DNA from: a virus
DNA length: 64,000 nucleotides
Strand: one strand, 5' to 3'
Virus record (IMG/VR): IMGVR_UViG_3300008110_000034
Span: 32,001-96,000 of that record
Part shown: positions 27,806-37,929 of the stretch, one piece after another
Position numbering within the stretch: position 1 is the first letter of the stretch
Layout: each line of letters starts with the position of its first letter
Made by a program: the position numbers and the translations under genes
The notes under the pieces: model-generated
The model's database searches: none
What the model was told of the DNA's origin: nothing
Seen by the model: only the letters and a program-made list of their open reading frames with translations

Positions 27806-28509
27806 AAAAAATATTACATTTAGGGTGCAGTTGGAGTCAATTTAATCACGAAGGACAAAAAGGAGTACCTGAAAATACAGTCGAAGTATTAAAAGAGAAA
27901 AATGTTGATGTTCTCTATTACAGTGCATCCCATGGTGGTTGCGATCTTGGAACACAATTTGAAGTACTAAAATCAGAGATAGGTAAAGGCTACGATTTTA
28001 TTATATTTCAAGTTACTTCTGACAGTAGACATCATATAAGAACTGGTCATTATAATTTAGACTGGACTCCTACTGTTTCTCATCCAAACATTTATAAGTG
28101 TGATGTTTCTTTAAGAAAAAGTTTTGTGTTCTGGAATCCAAATTACGGAAAAGCTATAGATCAATTCTGGCATAAACATAACAGAGATTATCGAATGGCT
28201 GCTAAACTTAGTTACTCTTACGACTGGGATGATCAAAGTTTATACTTTGGTCAAATATGTTCGATTAAAAAAATATTAGAAAAATCTAATACTCCTTACA
28301 TAATCTATAGTCATCGGAATATCTGGTGGGAAAAACATAATAATATCTTTCAGGCTCACACAACTGATCTACTTGATTTTGATGTTGAAACACAATTAGG
28401 TGACAATTTTAATTCTTATATTGTAGACGACGGACACCATTTAAGTAGTCAAGGAAATAGGATAGTAGCCGAAGAATTAATTGTTCCTAGACTACTACCC
28501 TATCTATAA
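27802..28509 (+). CDS. SGNH/GDSL hydrolase-like protein (paralog 2)
   Basis: LHLGCSWS, SHGGCD and DDGHHLSSQGN; collinear with the upstream paralog. Confidence 0.65.
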   Translation: MKKILHLGCSWSQFNHEGQKGVPENTVEVLKEKNVDVLYYSASHGGCDLGTQFEVLKSEIGKGYDFIIFQVTSDSRHHIRTGHYNLDWTPTVSHPNIYKCDVSLRKSFVFWNPNYGKAIDQFWHKHNRDYRMAAKLSYSYDWDDQSLYFGQICSIKKILEKSNTPYIIYSHRNIWWEKHNNIFQAHTTDLLDFDVETQLGDNFNSYIVDDGHHLSSQGNRIVAEELIVPRLLPYL

Positions 28510-29412
28510 TTACATCTTAGCTTGTTCTTTTCGCCACTCTATAAGTAAATCATCATCGAGTTCAACTAAGAAAGTTAGTAATAAACCCATCTTAGCGTTC
28601 CATAATTTTTTACCTTTGCTCTTAGTACCTTCATTAGTATTATGCAACTGTACTGCATCGAACCACATAGGTTTACCTGGTTCCCAATCTAAAATAGTTT
28701 CAGCACTTAAACCTTTTAATCTTTCATACGGAGTATTCATTACCTGCTCAAAAACAGATTTATCAAAAGGTGTTGCATTGTTTTCTTTAGGAACAGCAGT
28801 TCCTTGACCGTCATAGAATTGAAGTTCAGTGTAATCAGTGGTAATTTTATACACACTAGCAATATTAGGAACTAGACCGCCACCATTATAAACATGCGCC
28901 CAGTCAATATGTCGCTGATCGAAGAATACAATTTGTCCACCATCTTCTTCATTAAGATGTGTTCCTATCCATAAAGGTAACAACCAATTTTTCCAACAAG
29001 TGTATTTTCGTTGTTCGTGATTCAACGGGACTTTATCAAATGTAGTTGTAAAATCTTCAGGCCTTATACTATCATTATGTAATCCATATTGTTGGGGAGT
29101 AATAAAATAATTACCGCCCACTTGTGGACTTTTTTCAGCAGGTATACCTAAACACTGATCGATTCTATCTTTAAATTTTAAATAAACTTCATGTAACTGT
29201 CCTGCTACTAACACAGTTCCGTTTTTATTCATTCTAACTTCTTTGCCTCCGGCAAATGCAAATTTCCAAATCCAATCTAATTCTTCTTTTGAAAACATTG
29301 CATCTTCAGATTTTGATGCTCGGCTAATATGCCTACGCATATTTTCAACTGCTATAGGATGATCCATTGGAAGCATATAATGCTCCCTTCTTAAACCTTT
29401 AGTGTACTCCAT
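28510..29412 (-). CDS. Putative 2OG-Fe(II) oxygenase
   Basis: YGLHNDS (HxD) and distal DAVQLHNT, consistent with a DSBH facial triad. Confidence 0.55.
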   Translation of the reverse strand: MEYTKGLRREHYMLPMDHPIAVENMRRHISRASKSEDAMFSKEELDWIWKFAFAGGKEVRMNKNGTVLVAGQLHEVYLKFKDRIDQCLGIPAEKSPQVGGNYFITPQQYGLHNDSIRPEDFTTTFDKVPLNHEQRKYTCWKNWLLPLWIGTHLNEEDGGQIVFFDQRHIDWAHVYNGGGLVPNIASVYKITTDYTELQFYDGQGTAVPKENNATPFDKSVFEQVMNTPYERLKGLSAETILDWEPGKPMWFDAVQLHNTNEGTKSKGKKLWNAKMGLLLTFLVELDDDLLIEWRKEQAKM

Positions 29413-30805
29413 AAAATACTCCTGTCATTTCTGGAAAAATTTCTTCAAAATTTAAACCTCTATGTGTATCAAGTGCTTTTAAATATTCTGTTGTTTCAGG
29501 TAATCGGTTAGTCCAATCTTCTGATTTCATAAATTTAATCATGCCGCGCAATCTTTTGATACCATACTCGGCGTTAAGCCACTGTTCTTTTGTTACCTTA
29601 CCTTTATGCCATTCAGGAACACCTAGTTCCCAGTTTTCTATCCACCATGGTATAAATTCCTCATAGTGTTGTTCGCATTTGTCTTTAAACCATTGAGGTA
29701 AGATCTTGACATTTAGGTGTGGTGGCCAATATACAAAATGATGATTAATTCCACCTGCACCAAATGGCCACATGTTAATCTTTTTATAGTTCTGTTGTAA
29801 TTTCCATTTGATAAATTCTGGAATATAATAAATGTTCAATGCCTGTACTGCACATGCAACTGTAATTTCTACGTTGTCAGATGTTTGTGTATCTAGAATC
29901 TTAAATACTTCTTCTGTACGTTCCCATTTACTAGGATATCTAATATAGGCATTCTTTTCACCTATTGCATCAACACTATAATGGAATCGAACAAGTTTAA
30001 ATTCTTTCCATAACTCAAATAAATCTTCTCGCCATTCGACTCCGTTACTGTTATAACGAAGTTCTAAATTCTTAGCATGTCCTTGCTTTATACATTCTTC
30101 TAAAATTTCGTAATGTTCTTCTATGATTAATGGCTCGCCACCTGCAAAATAAAGCTGTTGCATATTCGGGATTTGTTCATAGAATTGCTGCCAAAAAAGA
30201 GGATTATTTTTATGCCAATTAAAACTTGAGCCGTTAACACTGCCCTTGTTTTCCCATGCCATGGTCTTGCTTAATTCTCTATTCTGTATAGTAGGATGGA
30301 TCTTATTCCATTCTGGAATCCAATTACTACTATCATGCGGACTGCACATTACACAGGCTAATTGACATTTAGATCCGAATCTAAGATCAATATATTTTAA
30401 ATTAGGAGGGACTTGTCCATCATCTGTTGTCTGTGCAATTAACTGATCGATGTCCACACGCTGAGCCCAATAGTTAGTTTCCCATTGTCTTTTGCTTACA
30501 TGACCAGATTCTTCTTCTTTATAACATTTTGAACAGCTTTCTGGCTGTCCATTATCTAACATAATTTTTCTTACATTTTTCATGTAAGTGCTGTTCCAGC
30601 TTGATTGGAAATCGCTAACATTTAAGTTAGCTGGTTTACCTTCTTCTGTCTTCAACATTCCGACATGACCCCCGGTTTCAGCATTTGTAGATCCAACACC
30701 GCTAGCATTAGCAGTGCAACATACTCTCATACTACCGTCAGGTCTTGTACTTAAATGTATCCAAGGAAGAATACAAAATGTGTCTGATGGATATTTTTGT
30801 GTCAT
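29399..30805 (-). CDS. Radical SAM protein with N-terminal SPASM/twitch-like domain
   Basis: CQLACVMC, FAGGEP and YNSNG; N-terminal CX12GX4CC...CSKC. Confidence 0.9.
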   Translation of the reverse strand: MTQKYPSDTFCILPWIHLSTRPDGSMRVCCTANASGVGSTNAETGGHVGMLKTEEGKPANLNVSDFQSSWNSTYMKNVRKIMLDNGQPESCSKCYKEEESGHVSKRQWETNYWAQRVDIDQLIAQTTDDGQVPPNLKYIDLRFGSKCQLACVMCSPHDSSNWIPEWNKIHPTIQNRELSKTMAWENKGSVNGSSFNWHKNNPLFWQQFYEQIPNMQQLYFAGGEPLIIEEHYEILEECIKQGHAKNLELRYNSNGVEWREDLFELWKEFKLVRFHYSVDAIGEKNAYIRYPSKWERTEEVFKILDTQTSDNVEITVACAVQALNIYYIPEFIKWKLQQNYKKINMWPFGAGGINHHFVYWPPHLNVKILPQWFKDKCEQHYEEFIPWWIENWELGVPEWHKGKVTKEQWLNAEYGIKRLRGMIKFMKSEDWTNRLPETTEYLKALDTHRGLNFEEIFPEMTGVFYGVH

Positions 30806-30810
30806 GGAAA

Positions 30811-30817
30811 TATTTAG
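30811..30817 (-). promoter_or_regulatory. Putative late promoter 5 nt upstream of an ATG (possible leaderless mRNA)
   Basis: The - strand reads CTAAATA-TTTCC-ATG, with no SD. Confidence 0.4.
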
Positions 30818-30825
30818 TTATTATG

Positions 30826-32013
30826 TTAATTGGCAAATTGGTTACTGAACATATCGTTTTTTACACCACATGTTTTGGCACAGATTTGTAATTTCCCGTC
30901 AGCACAACTAGATTTGGTCCAACTATTAGGAACAATATCTTGAAAATATAATCCATTTACGATTGATTCTAAACTGTGATTTTTGGCATTTAAATTTTCT
31001 TTTCCTACTTTATTAATTGCTTGCCAAATTTGGCCGCCTTCTGGTAACCAATACCAAACATACATTTGTCCGGCGGTCCAACAACAAGGTTGAACAATAC
31101 CTTCAGCTGAAACATAAAGACTTTTTTCTTCTGCTACTTTACATTTTATTGGAACTTCGTCCCAATACTTCTCCATTGGTTTTTTCTTAGAGGGATCAAT
31201 ATGAAATTTTTGTTTACTTTGCACAATGAATGCTTCTTCTGCTTTACTTGGAACAAAAGAAATAGTATCTTCTAGTTTTTTATCAATTTTACTTAATTCT
31301 GCTAATGCTGTATTTTTATACTTGTCATCAGTAGGAGGTTTTAAAAGAGTAGTTGCTTGTCCTTTACGATTGGCCGCTTGATGAGTGTCTTTTGTTGCGC
31401 CCGAGGCATTGCTGAAAAATCTTGCTGATTTTTTAAATTGAAACTTTTCAAACCCCATTTTCCCACTTAATGCTCTGGCCTCGTCGACCTGATGTTCGTT
31501 GTGTTCAAATACAATATAATCCCATCTTGCCCTGCCGCCAGCATTTATAAAAGCCTGAGCATTTTCCATAATTTTAGACCATATAGTATTTTGTCTGTAC
31601 AGATGATTAGTATCTTCTAATCCGTCTAAACTAAACACTACATTAGAATTTTTTCCCATAACTTGAGCAAGACGTGCCCACCAATCCGGTTTCTTCGCAC
31701 TGCCGTTGGTGTGCATACTTAAATTCATTTTAGGATTAGATTGTCTAAAATATTCAAATATTTCTAAAGTATCTCTAGCAGCAATAGGATCTCCATAATT
31801 GCCACACATATATAGTCTGTCTAATTGCTGTATAAACTCAACTGTAAATATTCTTTTAACATCATCAAGATGTAATTCTGTGTTTGGTAACTGAGGATTG
31901 TCTTCGCCACCGTTAATGTTTCTAGCACACATTGGGCAGGCTGCGTTACAGCTATCTGTAACTTCTAAGTGTACAGTTCTAATGTCGTTATAGTGGTATA
32001 TCATCTTGTTCAA
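30826..32013 (-). CDS. Radical SAM protein with C-terminal SPASM/twitch domain
   Basis: CNAACPMC, CGNYGDP and HTNG; C-terminal CX13GX4CC...CAKTC. Confidence 0.9.
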   Translation of the reverse strand: MNKMIYHYNDIRTVHLEVTDSCNAACPMCARNINGGEDNPQLPNTELHLDDVKRIFTVEFIQQLDRLYMCGNYGDPIAARDTLEIFEYFRQSNPKMNLSMHTNGSAKKPDWWARLAQVMGKNSNVVFSLDGLEDTNHLYRQNTIWSKIMENAQAFINAGGRARWDYIVFEHNEHQVDEARALSGKMGFEKFQFKKSARFFSNASGATKDTHQAANRKGQATTLLKPPTDDKYKNTALAELSKIDKKLEDTISFVPSKAEEAFIVQSKQKFHIDPSKKKPMEKYWDEVPIKCKVAEEKSLYVSAEGIVQPCCWTAGQMYVWYWLPEGGQIWQAINKVGKENLNAKNHSLESIVNGLYFQDIVPNSWTKSSCADGKLQICAKTCGVKNDMFSNQFAN

Positions 32014-33262
32014 ATAGATAACTAAATTGTTTTAAATAATCTTTATTTACTGCTTCTTGAAAATACAGAAATTCTTCTTTTAACTTATTATTTGCTCTTG
32101 TACTAAAATCGTGATTGTCTAATAAATCAAAAACATTTTGAAAGTCTGATTTATAATCTAAATTACAATCGTTAATAACATTAATTAAAGATTGTTTTGA
32201 CTTCATAATATATTTTTTTGGAAGAACATTAATAGACATTGATCGTGGCCAAGTGAGTATAATTGGTTTAATTACACATCTTTTATCTCCAAGTGTTTTT
32301 TTCCACCAATAAATTAAATTATCTAAATATCTTACATTTAACCCGCTGACTACAGGTACTAAAGTAAGTTGGAAATTATCGTCTACATGTTTGACCGCTA
32401 AGTTAACATTTTTTTCAATATTATTCCAATCTGAACTCGTTCTTAAATATTCATTCAATTCGCCATACGCATCAATACTTAAATTTAATTCTACACTTTT
32501 AAAACTTTTAAGAAGATTTAATTGGTATTCGCTAAACTGAGACGTATTTGTATTACACCAGAATACAATGTTTGATGAGTAACCTTGCTCAACAAGAAAG
32601 GTTATAAAGTTCCAAAGAGGTTTAATAATAAAAGGTTCGCCGCCTGTAACATACAGATGCTCTAACTTATTTGCAATGTCTTTAAGCCCTTCCCAAAAAG
32701 TTTCACTTTTATCTAATTGTTCTTCTCCTGGATTATTAGACCACCATCGTTGATTTAACAACATTGTCTTTTTTTCTTCTCCCATTTTTTGCCCTATAGA
32801 AGTAATTAAAGAAGACCAATCTGTAGAACACATAATGCAAGCATAGTTACAAGTTTTAGCTACTTGCAAATTATAATAGCTGGGTACTAACTTTGTATCA
32901 AACTTTTCCCAATTAGAAAAATCTTCAGGTAATGAAGTATCATAATTTTGTTGAAAGACATTCCACTCTTCTAATCGTTTAGAAACTAATCCTTGTTTTT
33001 CTTTGATCCAACAAGATTCACATTCTGAAAGTTTTTCTCCATTTATCATCCGTTTTCTAGATTCGTTGTAGTATGAATTATTAAAAATTTCTATAATCTT
33101 TGTAGACTTACCGTCAACTTTTTCTATGTCAGGATTATACTTTGCTTCGCAACAAAATTTTATTTGTCCTTTAGTTTCTGTACTAAAATGATTGAATAAC
33201 AAAGGACACATTGTTGGATGTGTACCTGGAGAAAATCTATTTAAAAATTCTTCTCGATTCAT
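31988..33262 (-). CDS. Radical SAM protein with N-terminal SPASM/twitch-like domain
   Basis: CNYACIMC, VTGGEP and NTN; N-terminal CX12GX4CC...CESC. Confidence 0.9.
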   Translation of the reverse strand: MNREEFLNRFSPGTHPTMCPLLFNHFSTETKGQIKFCCEAKYNPDIEKVDGKSTKIIEIFNNSYYNESRKRMINGEKLSECESCWIKEKQGLVSKRLEEWNVFQQNYDTSLPEDFSNWEKFDTKLVPSYYNLQVAKTCNYACIMCSTDWSSLITSIGQKMGEEKKTMLLNQRWWSNNPGEEQLDKSETFWEGLKDIANKLEHLYVTGGEPFIIKPLWNFITFLVEQGYSSNIVFWCNTNTSQFSEYQLNLLKSFKSVELNLSIDAYGELNEYLRTSSDWNNIEKNVNLAVKHVDDNFQLTLVPVVSGLNVRYLDNLIYWWKKTLGDKRCVIKPIILTWPRSMSINVLPKKYIMKSKQSLINVINDCNLDYKSDFQNVFDLLDNHDFSTRANNKLKEEFLYFQEAVNKDYLKQFSYLFEQDDIPL

Positions 33263-33630
33263 TGTGTTTCCTTATCCCAATACATTTTATTATTTTTTTG
33301 ATAAAAGTAATCTTTTTGCATTTCATATACATCATCGTAATCTACTCTATAATGAAATGCTTGACTTTTTAAGTATATTGCTATTCTAACATATGCAGCA
33401 GGTTTCGACTCTGGTCTAGGTCCCGAAGTTTTATATTGGATGTGCCAAACTGCATTATCAGTTTGTATTTGACATCCACCTTTTTTATTCCAAAATCCTA
33501 ATATTTTTTCAAAATCTTCCACCTTTAACATGTAAGTGTTTACTGTGTTAGAGCTGACAAGAATACTTAAACTAACTTCGTTAGTTTCTTTAAACAAATA
33601 AATTTTTAATGGCTTGGTAAATTCTAACAT
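33259..33630 (-). CDS. Hypothetical protein
   Basis: 123 aa; overlaps both neighbours. Confidence 0.65.
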   Translation of the reverse strand: MLEFTKPLKIYLFKETNEVSLSILVSSNTVNTYMLKVEDFEKILGFWNKKGGCQIQTDNAVWHIQYKTSGPRPESKPAAYVRIAIYLKSQAFHYRVDYDDVYEMQKDYFYQKNNKMYWDKETQ

Positions 33631-33854
33631 TAATTATCCAAAACTAATTTAACATCTTTTCCTGGACCAACATGACTTGGTAATCCACCATACTCGTTGA
33701 TATACCATTCAATTACAGCCTTATACCAATTTTGGCTATCGTGATGAGCCTGCTGGTTAAATTTAAAAATATTATTGTTGGTAGCTTCTATAGCTACTAG
33801 AGCTCTTGCAGATTCTTTTTGAAGAGTTCTTAAATCAAAATCATTTATATCCAA
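33630..33854 (-). CDS. Hypothetical protein
   Basis: 74 aa; TAATG overlap. Confidence 0.65.
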   Translation of the reverse strand: MDINDFDLRTLQKESARALVAIEATNNNIFKFNQQAHHDSQNWYKAVIEWYINEYGGLPSHVGPGKDVKLVLDN

Positions 33855-34953
33855 TTCTCAAAAATCTCCTATATTTTGGTAATTCTAATTCACCTTCGTA
33901 CAGACAATCTCTCATCGGAGTTTTGTCTGTAAAGTCAATCAAAGAACTAGAACAGTTTACGTGATCTTCAATGTCAAAATAATCGTTAGTTTGCAAAATC
34001 ACTAGTGTCCCATCTGGTATACTTTCGTACCATTGATTAAAATTTCCTATATGTTCACAACTAGTATTAATTATCGTATTAGGAATATCTACTAAAGTTA
34101 CTGTTGTTCCGTCTGGCTTAAAAACATCGTAAGTTGTCTTATTATAATTTAAGCTTAAAATGTCAGCAATTCCAGCTTTAAATTTCCACGAATCCATTTC
34201 CCACGGTTTATTAAATCTTTCTGCTATTTTAACACAACTAGGATCAATATCAAAACTTCTAACTTTGTTAATTTTTAAATTGCTTTCGAACATCATTACA
34301 GCAAGAGTACCGTACCAGCCTGCACATAAAAATACCGTTCCTAAATCTAAATCAAGTTTCTTTAGCTCATGTATTAACCACATTTTGCTAGCTAGTTGTC
34401 CTCGAGAAAAACAATCGTCATCATAATTTACTTGTTCAATATAAAAACTTTTAAATGCTGAAACAAACTGTGTTTCTAATTCGTTAGATAAAATCTTCCA
34501 AAGACTCCAAACGTTGTCTTCTAGTACTAATTTTCTTAATTCTTCATTATTACAAATCCTAAAAATACTATATAAATTTTCTTCAACAACTGCCTTTCTT
34601 AATTCTTCATTTTCTACTAATCTAAAAATACTGTGTAAATTTTTTTCAGTTACAGCTTTTCTTAATTCTTCAATTCCATCGTTTTCTAAATTAGGAATAA
34701 CTCTAAAAATACTATACATATTTTCTTCAATGACTGCTTTTCTTATATCCTCAGTATATTCATTCTCATCAAAAAGTCTAAAAATACTGTGTAGATTTTT
34801 CTCCATTACAGCTTTTCTTAATTCTTCATTATCTAATAATCTAAAAATACTAGAAAAGTCTTTATCAGTATAAGACCTGCGTAAATCAGATATTCGTTCA
34901 TTAGTATTGAATAACAGTTCAAATCTATCCAACAAATCTTTAATTTCCATCAA
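33841..34953 (-). CDS. Class I SAM-dependent methyltransferase-like protein with N-terminal helical repeats
   Basis: LCAGWYG (motif I), RSFDIDP and INTSCEH; N-terminal SIFR..NEELRKAV.E.N repeats. Confidence 0.7.
   Translation of the reverse strand: MMEIKDLLDRFELLFNTNERISDLRRSYTDKDFSSIFRLLDNEELRKAVMEKNLHSIFRLFDENEYTEDIRKAVIEENMYSIFRVIPNLENDGIEELRKAVTEKNLHSIFRLVENEELRKAVVEENLYSIFRICNNEELRKLVLEDNVWSLWKILSNELETQFVSAFKSFYIEQVNYDDDCFSRGQLASKMWLIHELKKLDLDLGTVFLCAGWYGTLAVMMFESNLKINKVRSFDIDPSCVKIAERFNKPWEMDSWKFKAGIADILSLNYNKTTYDVFKPDGTTVTLVDIPNTIINTSCEHIGNFNQWYESIPDGTLVILQTNDYFDIEDHVNCSSSLIDFTDKTPMRDCLYEGELELPKYRRFLRIGYK
34500..34860 (-). repeat. In-frame coding tandem repeat, about 5.5 units of 63-81 nt
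   Basis: Recurrent CTAAAAATACT and TTTCTTAATTCTTC on the + strand; peptide SIFRxxxNEELRKAVxExNL(H/Y). Confidence 0.85.
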
Positions 34954-35620
34954 ATTTTTCCTTTAACCATATAAAGTCGTTTATTTTTTTTAAGGCATCA
35001 ACGTTGCCTTTGTTTTCAGTTCCGTAGTTAGTACCCTCATGCGCACCGCGAATTGCATATTCTCCATAAGGCTTATCAGATCCTACTGATCTCCAAACAT
35101 TTAATCTTTCCTCAGTCTCATTAGATTTTTGCCTATCAATTACTTTACTACTTAATTTTACACACTCTCTAAATGCACTTTTCCATGTATTAAACGGATC
35201 AGTATTAAAAACAGTAATATTACTAACCTGGGAAACTGGAACAAAATGTCTACTAATACTAGTTGTCATATCAGGTTTAGAAACATCCATATTTAAAGTT
35301 AGTTTTCTTGGGAGAAGTTTGATTCCTCCGTATCCGTACACTAGTCCGTTAACTGGATTTAGACTTCTCCAGACGTGAACATGTTCTAGATACTGATTAG
35401 AAACATTATAATCAAAATTAAAATCTTCTAACACTTTTGCATCACCATCAACAACCCAAAACATCTTAGTTAAACATTTCTGTGCTGCGGCAATGTGTGC
35501 TTGATGTATTCCTTTAACTCCGTGTACACGTTTTGTCATTGGAAAGTTGTTTAGTAAATTTTTGTAATTTTCCTCAGCATTAGGTTCTTGGTAGCTGATA
35601 AACACAATGTCATACATCAT
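34940..35620 (-). CDS. GT-A-like glycosyltransferase (paralog A1)
   Basis: YDIVFISYQEP, FWVVDGDA (DxD) and YGYGGIKL. Confidence 0.6.
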   Translation of the reverse strand: MMYDIVFISYQEPNAEENYKNLLNNFPMTKRVHGVKGIHQAHIAAAQKCLTKMFWVVDGDAKVLEDFNFDYNVSNQYLEHVHVWRSLNPVNGLVYGYGGIKLLPRKLTLNMDVSKPDMTTSISRHFVPVSQVSNITVFNTDPFNTWKSAFRECVKLSSKVIDRQKSNETEERLNVWRSVGSDKPYGEYAIRGAHEGTNYGTENKGNVDALKKINDFIWLKEKFDGN

Positions 35621-36546
35621 CGTTTAACAACTCTAGCACCAGTAGTTACTCTAGAAGGGTTAGTAAACACTTCTTTAAAAAATTTACTCTGTATTGGATC
35701 AAGCGGACTACTCACAGGAATATCTAATTCGCTTTTAAGTTTTTCTCCTAAAATTTCTACTTCATCTTTCATACGATCTTCAGTCAGTGTTGCATTTTGA
35801 TCTTCCCAAAATTGATTTAACCATTTAAAATCTCTAACATTTACATAATCCCAATCAGTACAATTTGTCATATAACATCCTTGTCTTGCCCCGAACATTG
35901 CCCAGTAACCGTTTTCTACATCTGATCCAACATTTAACCAGGCTAACAATCTATGATAATTCTTTTTATGTACACTGTGAATAAATTTTTTAGTATTTTC
36001 TAGTTTAACTCCTTGTGTCAAACTCATTTTGACACCTTCACGGAATCCGGCCCGCCATGCTTGCCAAGGTGTAGCATTATTATACACCCAACTCATGCAT
36101 TCGTCTAATGTTATGTAATTAATATCCCAACAAAAATCAACTTGGCTTTGAGGATTATTAGCGTCAGCGTTTTCATGAGTTTTCATGTTCAACACGAACT
36201 CTCTGGGCCAACTTTTGATCCCACCGTTTCCATACATTAATCCGTTTACTACATTTAATGCACACCAAGACACTACACTTCGATTATATAACTCTTCTGA
36301 ATCAATTTCAATTGTTTGTTCAAAAAATTTAGGATTTACTATGTTATCTCCATCAATTATAACGATTCTTTCGGTGTCTGCTAATTTTGCACAGGCCTTG
36401 TGCGCTGAATCAGATCCTTCAACACCGTGTACACGCTTTGCCCACGGGCATTTAGTTAGCAAATCTGCATAATTTTTTTCAGCGTTTGGCTCGTCATAGC
36501 TCAAATATATCACATCGCAATCAATAATGTTAAAAGTTTTAGTCAT
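35617..36546 (-). CDS. GT-A-like glycosyltransferase (paralog A2)
   Basis: DVIYLSYDEP, IIDGDN (DxD) and YGNGGIK; collinear with the 34940 ORF. Confidence 0.6.
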   Translation of the reverse strand: MTKTFNIIDCDVIYLSYDEPNAEKNYADLLTKCPWAKRVHGVEGSDSAHKACAKLADTERIVIIDGDNIVNPKFFEQTIEIDSEELYNRSVVSWCALNVVNGLMYGNGGIKSWPREFVLNMKTHENADANNPQSQVDFCWDINYITLDECMSWVYNNATPWQAWRAGFREGVKMSLTQGVKLENTKKFIHSVHKKNYHRLLAWLNVGSDVENGYWAMFGARQGCYMTNCTDWDYVNVRDFKWLNQFWEDQNATLTEDRMKDEVEILGEKLKSELDIPVSSPLDPIQSKFFKEVFTNPSRVTTGARVVKR

Positions 36547-37094
36547 AATAATCCATATGTTTTAAAATACTGTTCTGTTACCATTGAAAACTTTGTTAAA
36601 TCGTTTTCGTTTTCGTAAGCATACGGAACTTCGATAAAGTCATTTTCAACTAAATCATATAATTGAAATCTTATTGTTCTAATTAAAAAGTGTATGTCTT
36701 GTTTTTTACAAATATAGAAATTTATATTCCTATTTTGATCTCTTAATATTCTTTTTTTAACTGTAGGCGAAAGTCTAAATCTCCAACAATTGGACATTCT
36801 TTGAATCAAGCACTCTTCACGTGAATCAATCATTGGTCTAATAATGTGAATATAACTGTGTACTGTAGGAGGTATAGATTTTTCAACTTCTTTAATTTCA
36901 TAACTACCGTCATCGGCAAAAGTTATCATACAATTACCAATTTGAAATCCACTACTTGAAAATTTTTGCTGTTCGTCAAAGTCTAAAGCTATAAATTTTT
37001 TAGATTCTTCTAATTCAGGACTTATAGATTCTATAACTCCGCTATCATTAAAATATAAAAATATGTCTGTTGGATTATATTTTTTCTTCGGCAT
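36543..37094 (-). CDS. Hypothetical protein
   Basis: 183 aa; overlaps both neighbours. Confidence 0.65.
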   Translation of the reverse strand: MPKKKYNPTDIFLYFNDSGVIESISPELEESKKFIALDFDEQQKFSSSGFQIGNCMITFADDGSYEIKEVEKSIPPTVHSYIHIIRPMIDSREECLIQRMSNCWRFRLSPTVKKRILRDQNRNINFYICKKQDIHFLIRTIRFQLYDLVENDFIEVPYAYENENDLTKFSMVTEQYFKTYGLL

Positions 37095-37929
37095 TTTTCT
37101 TTAATTTATTTTCAAGTTTTTGAATAATCTCATGTGTTAAAAACTCATCTTCTACATAATGGAATACACCGTTTTGCAAAATATTTCCTATTTTTAATTC
37201 GCATTGATCAGTAAACACACTACTTACAGTATCATACCAAGAAAAGGGCAACAATGACCAATCTTGTAATGCTGGTTTCATATGTGTAAAGGTTGGGATT
37301 GACAGAGTTTTTAGTGTACATTGTTCCTCAACATCTAAAATTTTTAAAATCAATGCCGACGAAACATCCATACTAGCCCAAGTTTGTTGAGTGCTAGGAC
37401 AAAATTTTTGATAAAAGGTCTGATAATTTTTTGTTAAAATTTCTAACCATTTATAAAATTCAAAAGAACTTTCATTTTTTTTGAAATAATGTAATCCAAA
37501 ATATGTATTTGGTAATTTATTTTCTTCAAAAGATTGTCTATAATAATTAGAAGTAATTTTATTACCTCGATAATTAAACACGTTGCTAGATAACACTACA
37601 TCTTTATTTTTTAAAACATTCCACCAATGATCATTAGAATTCAACAATAGCATATCGCTGTCATAAACTAAATTTTCTTTAAACGGTGTTACATAAATTA
37701 TTTTCCATCTATTTTCAATTTTCCAAACACTGTCTTTAGCTTCATCATTCCACGGAATTTCGACTATATAATCAAATACTTTTTTATAGTGCTCGGGTAC
37801 TTTGTCATTAGTAATAACACAAACTTGATTTATTTTATTATGTAATTTTATACTTAATGCAAGTGCGTATGCCTGTCTAAGATAGTTTACATCAGAATTT
37901 TGAGCAAAAATAACATGACCTTTAGACAT
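37075..37929 (-). CDS. GT-A/GT8-like glycosyltransferase (paralog B1)
   Basis: NYLRQAYALALSIK, TPFKENLVYDSDML (DxD) and FTHMKP. Confidence 0.6.
   Translation of the reverse strand: MSKGHVIFAQNSDVNYLRQAYALALSIKLHNKINQVCVITNDKVPEHYKKVFDYIVEIPWNDEAKDSVWKIENRWKIIYVTPFKENLVYDSDMLLLNSNDHWWNVLKNKDVVLSSNVFNYRGNKITSNYYRQSFEENKLPNTYFGLHYFKKNESSFEFYKWLEILTKNYQTFYQKFCPSTQQTWASMDVSSALILKILDVEEQCTLKTLSIPTFTHMKPALQDWSLLPFSWYDTVSSVFTDQCELKIGNILQNGVFHYVEDEFLTHEIIQKLENKLKKNAEEKI

Noticed and set aside
33361-33390. TTGACT...TATTCT as a + strand sigma70 promoter
   Set aside because: The spacer is only 15 nt, the site is inside a - strand gene, and it points only at shadow ORFs.
34500-34860. CRISPR array or diversity-generating retroelement repeat
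   Set aside because: The units are degenerate, in-frame and protein-coding with no unique spacers, and no cas or reverse transcriptase gene is in the window.
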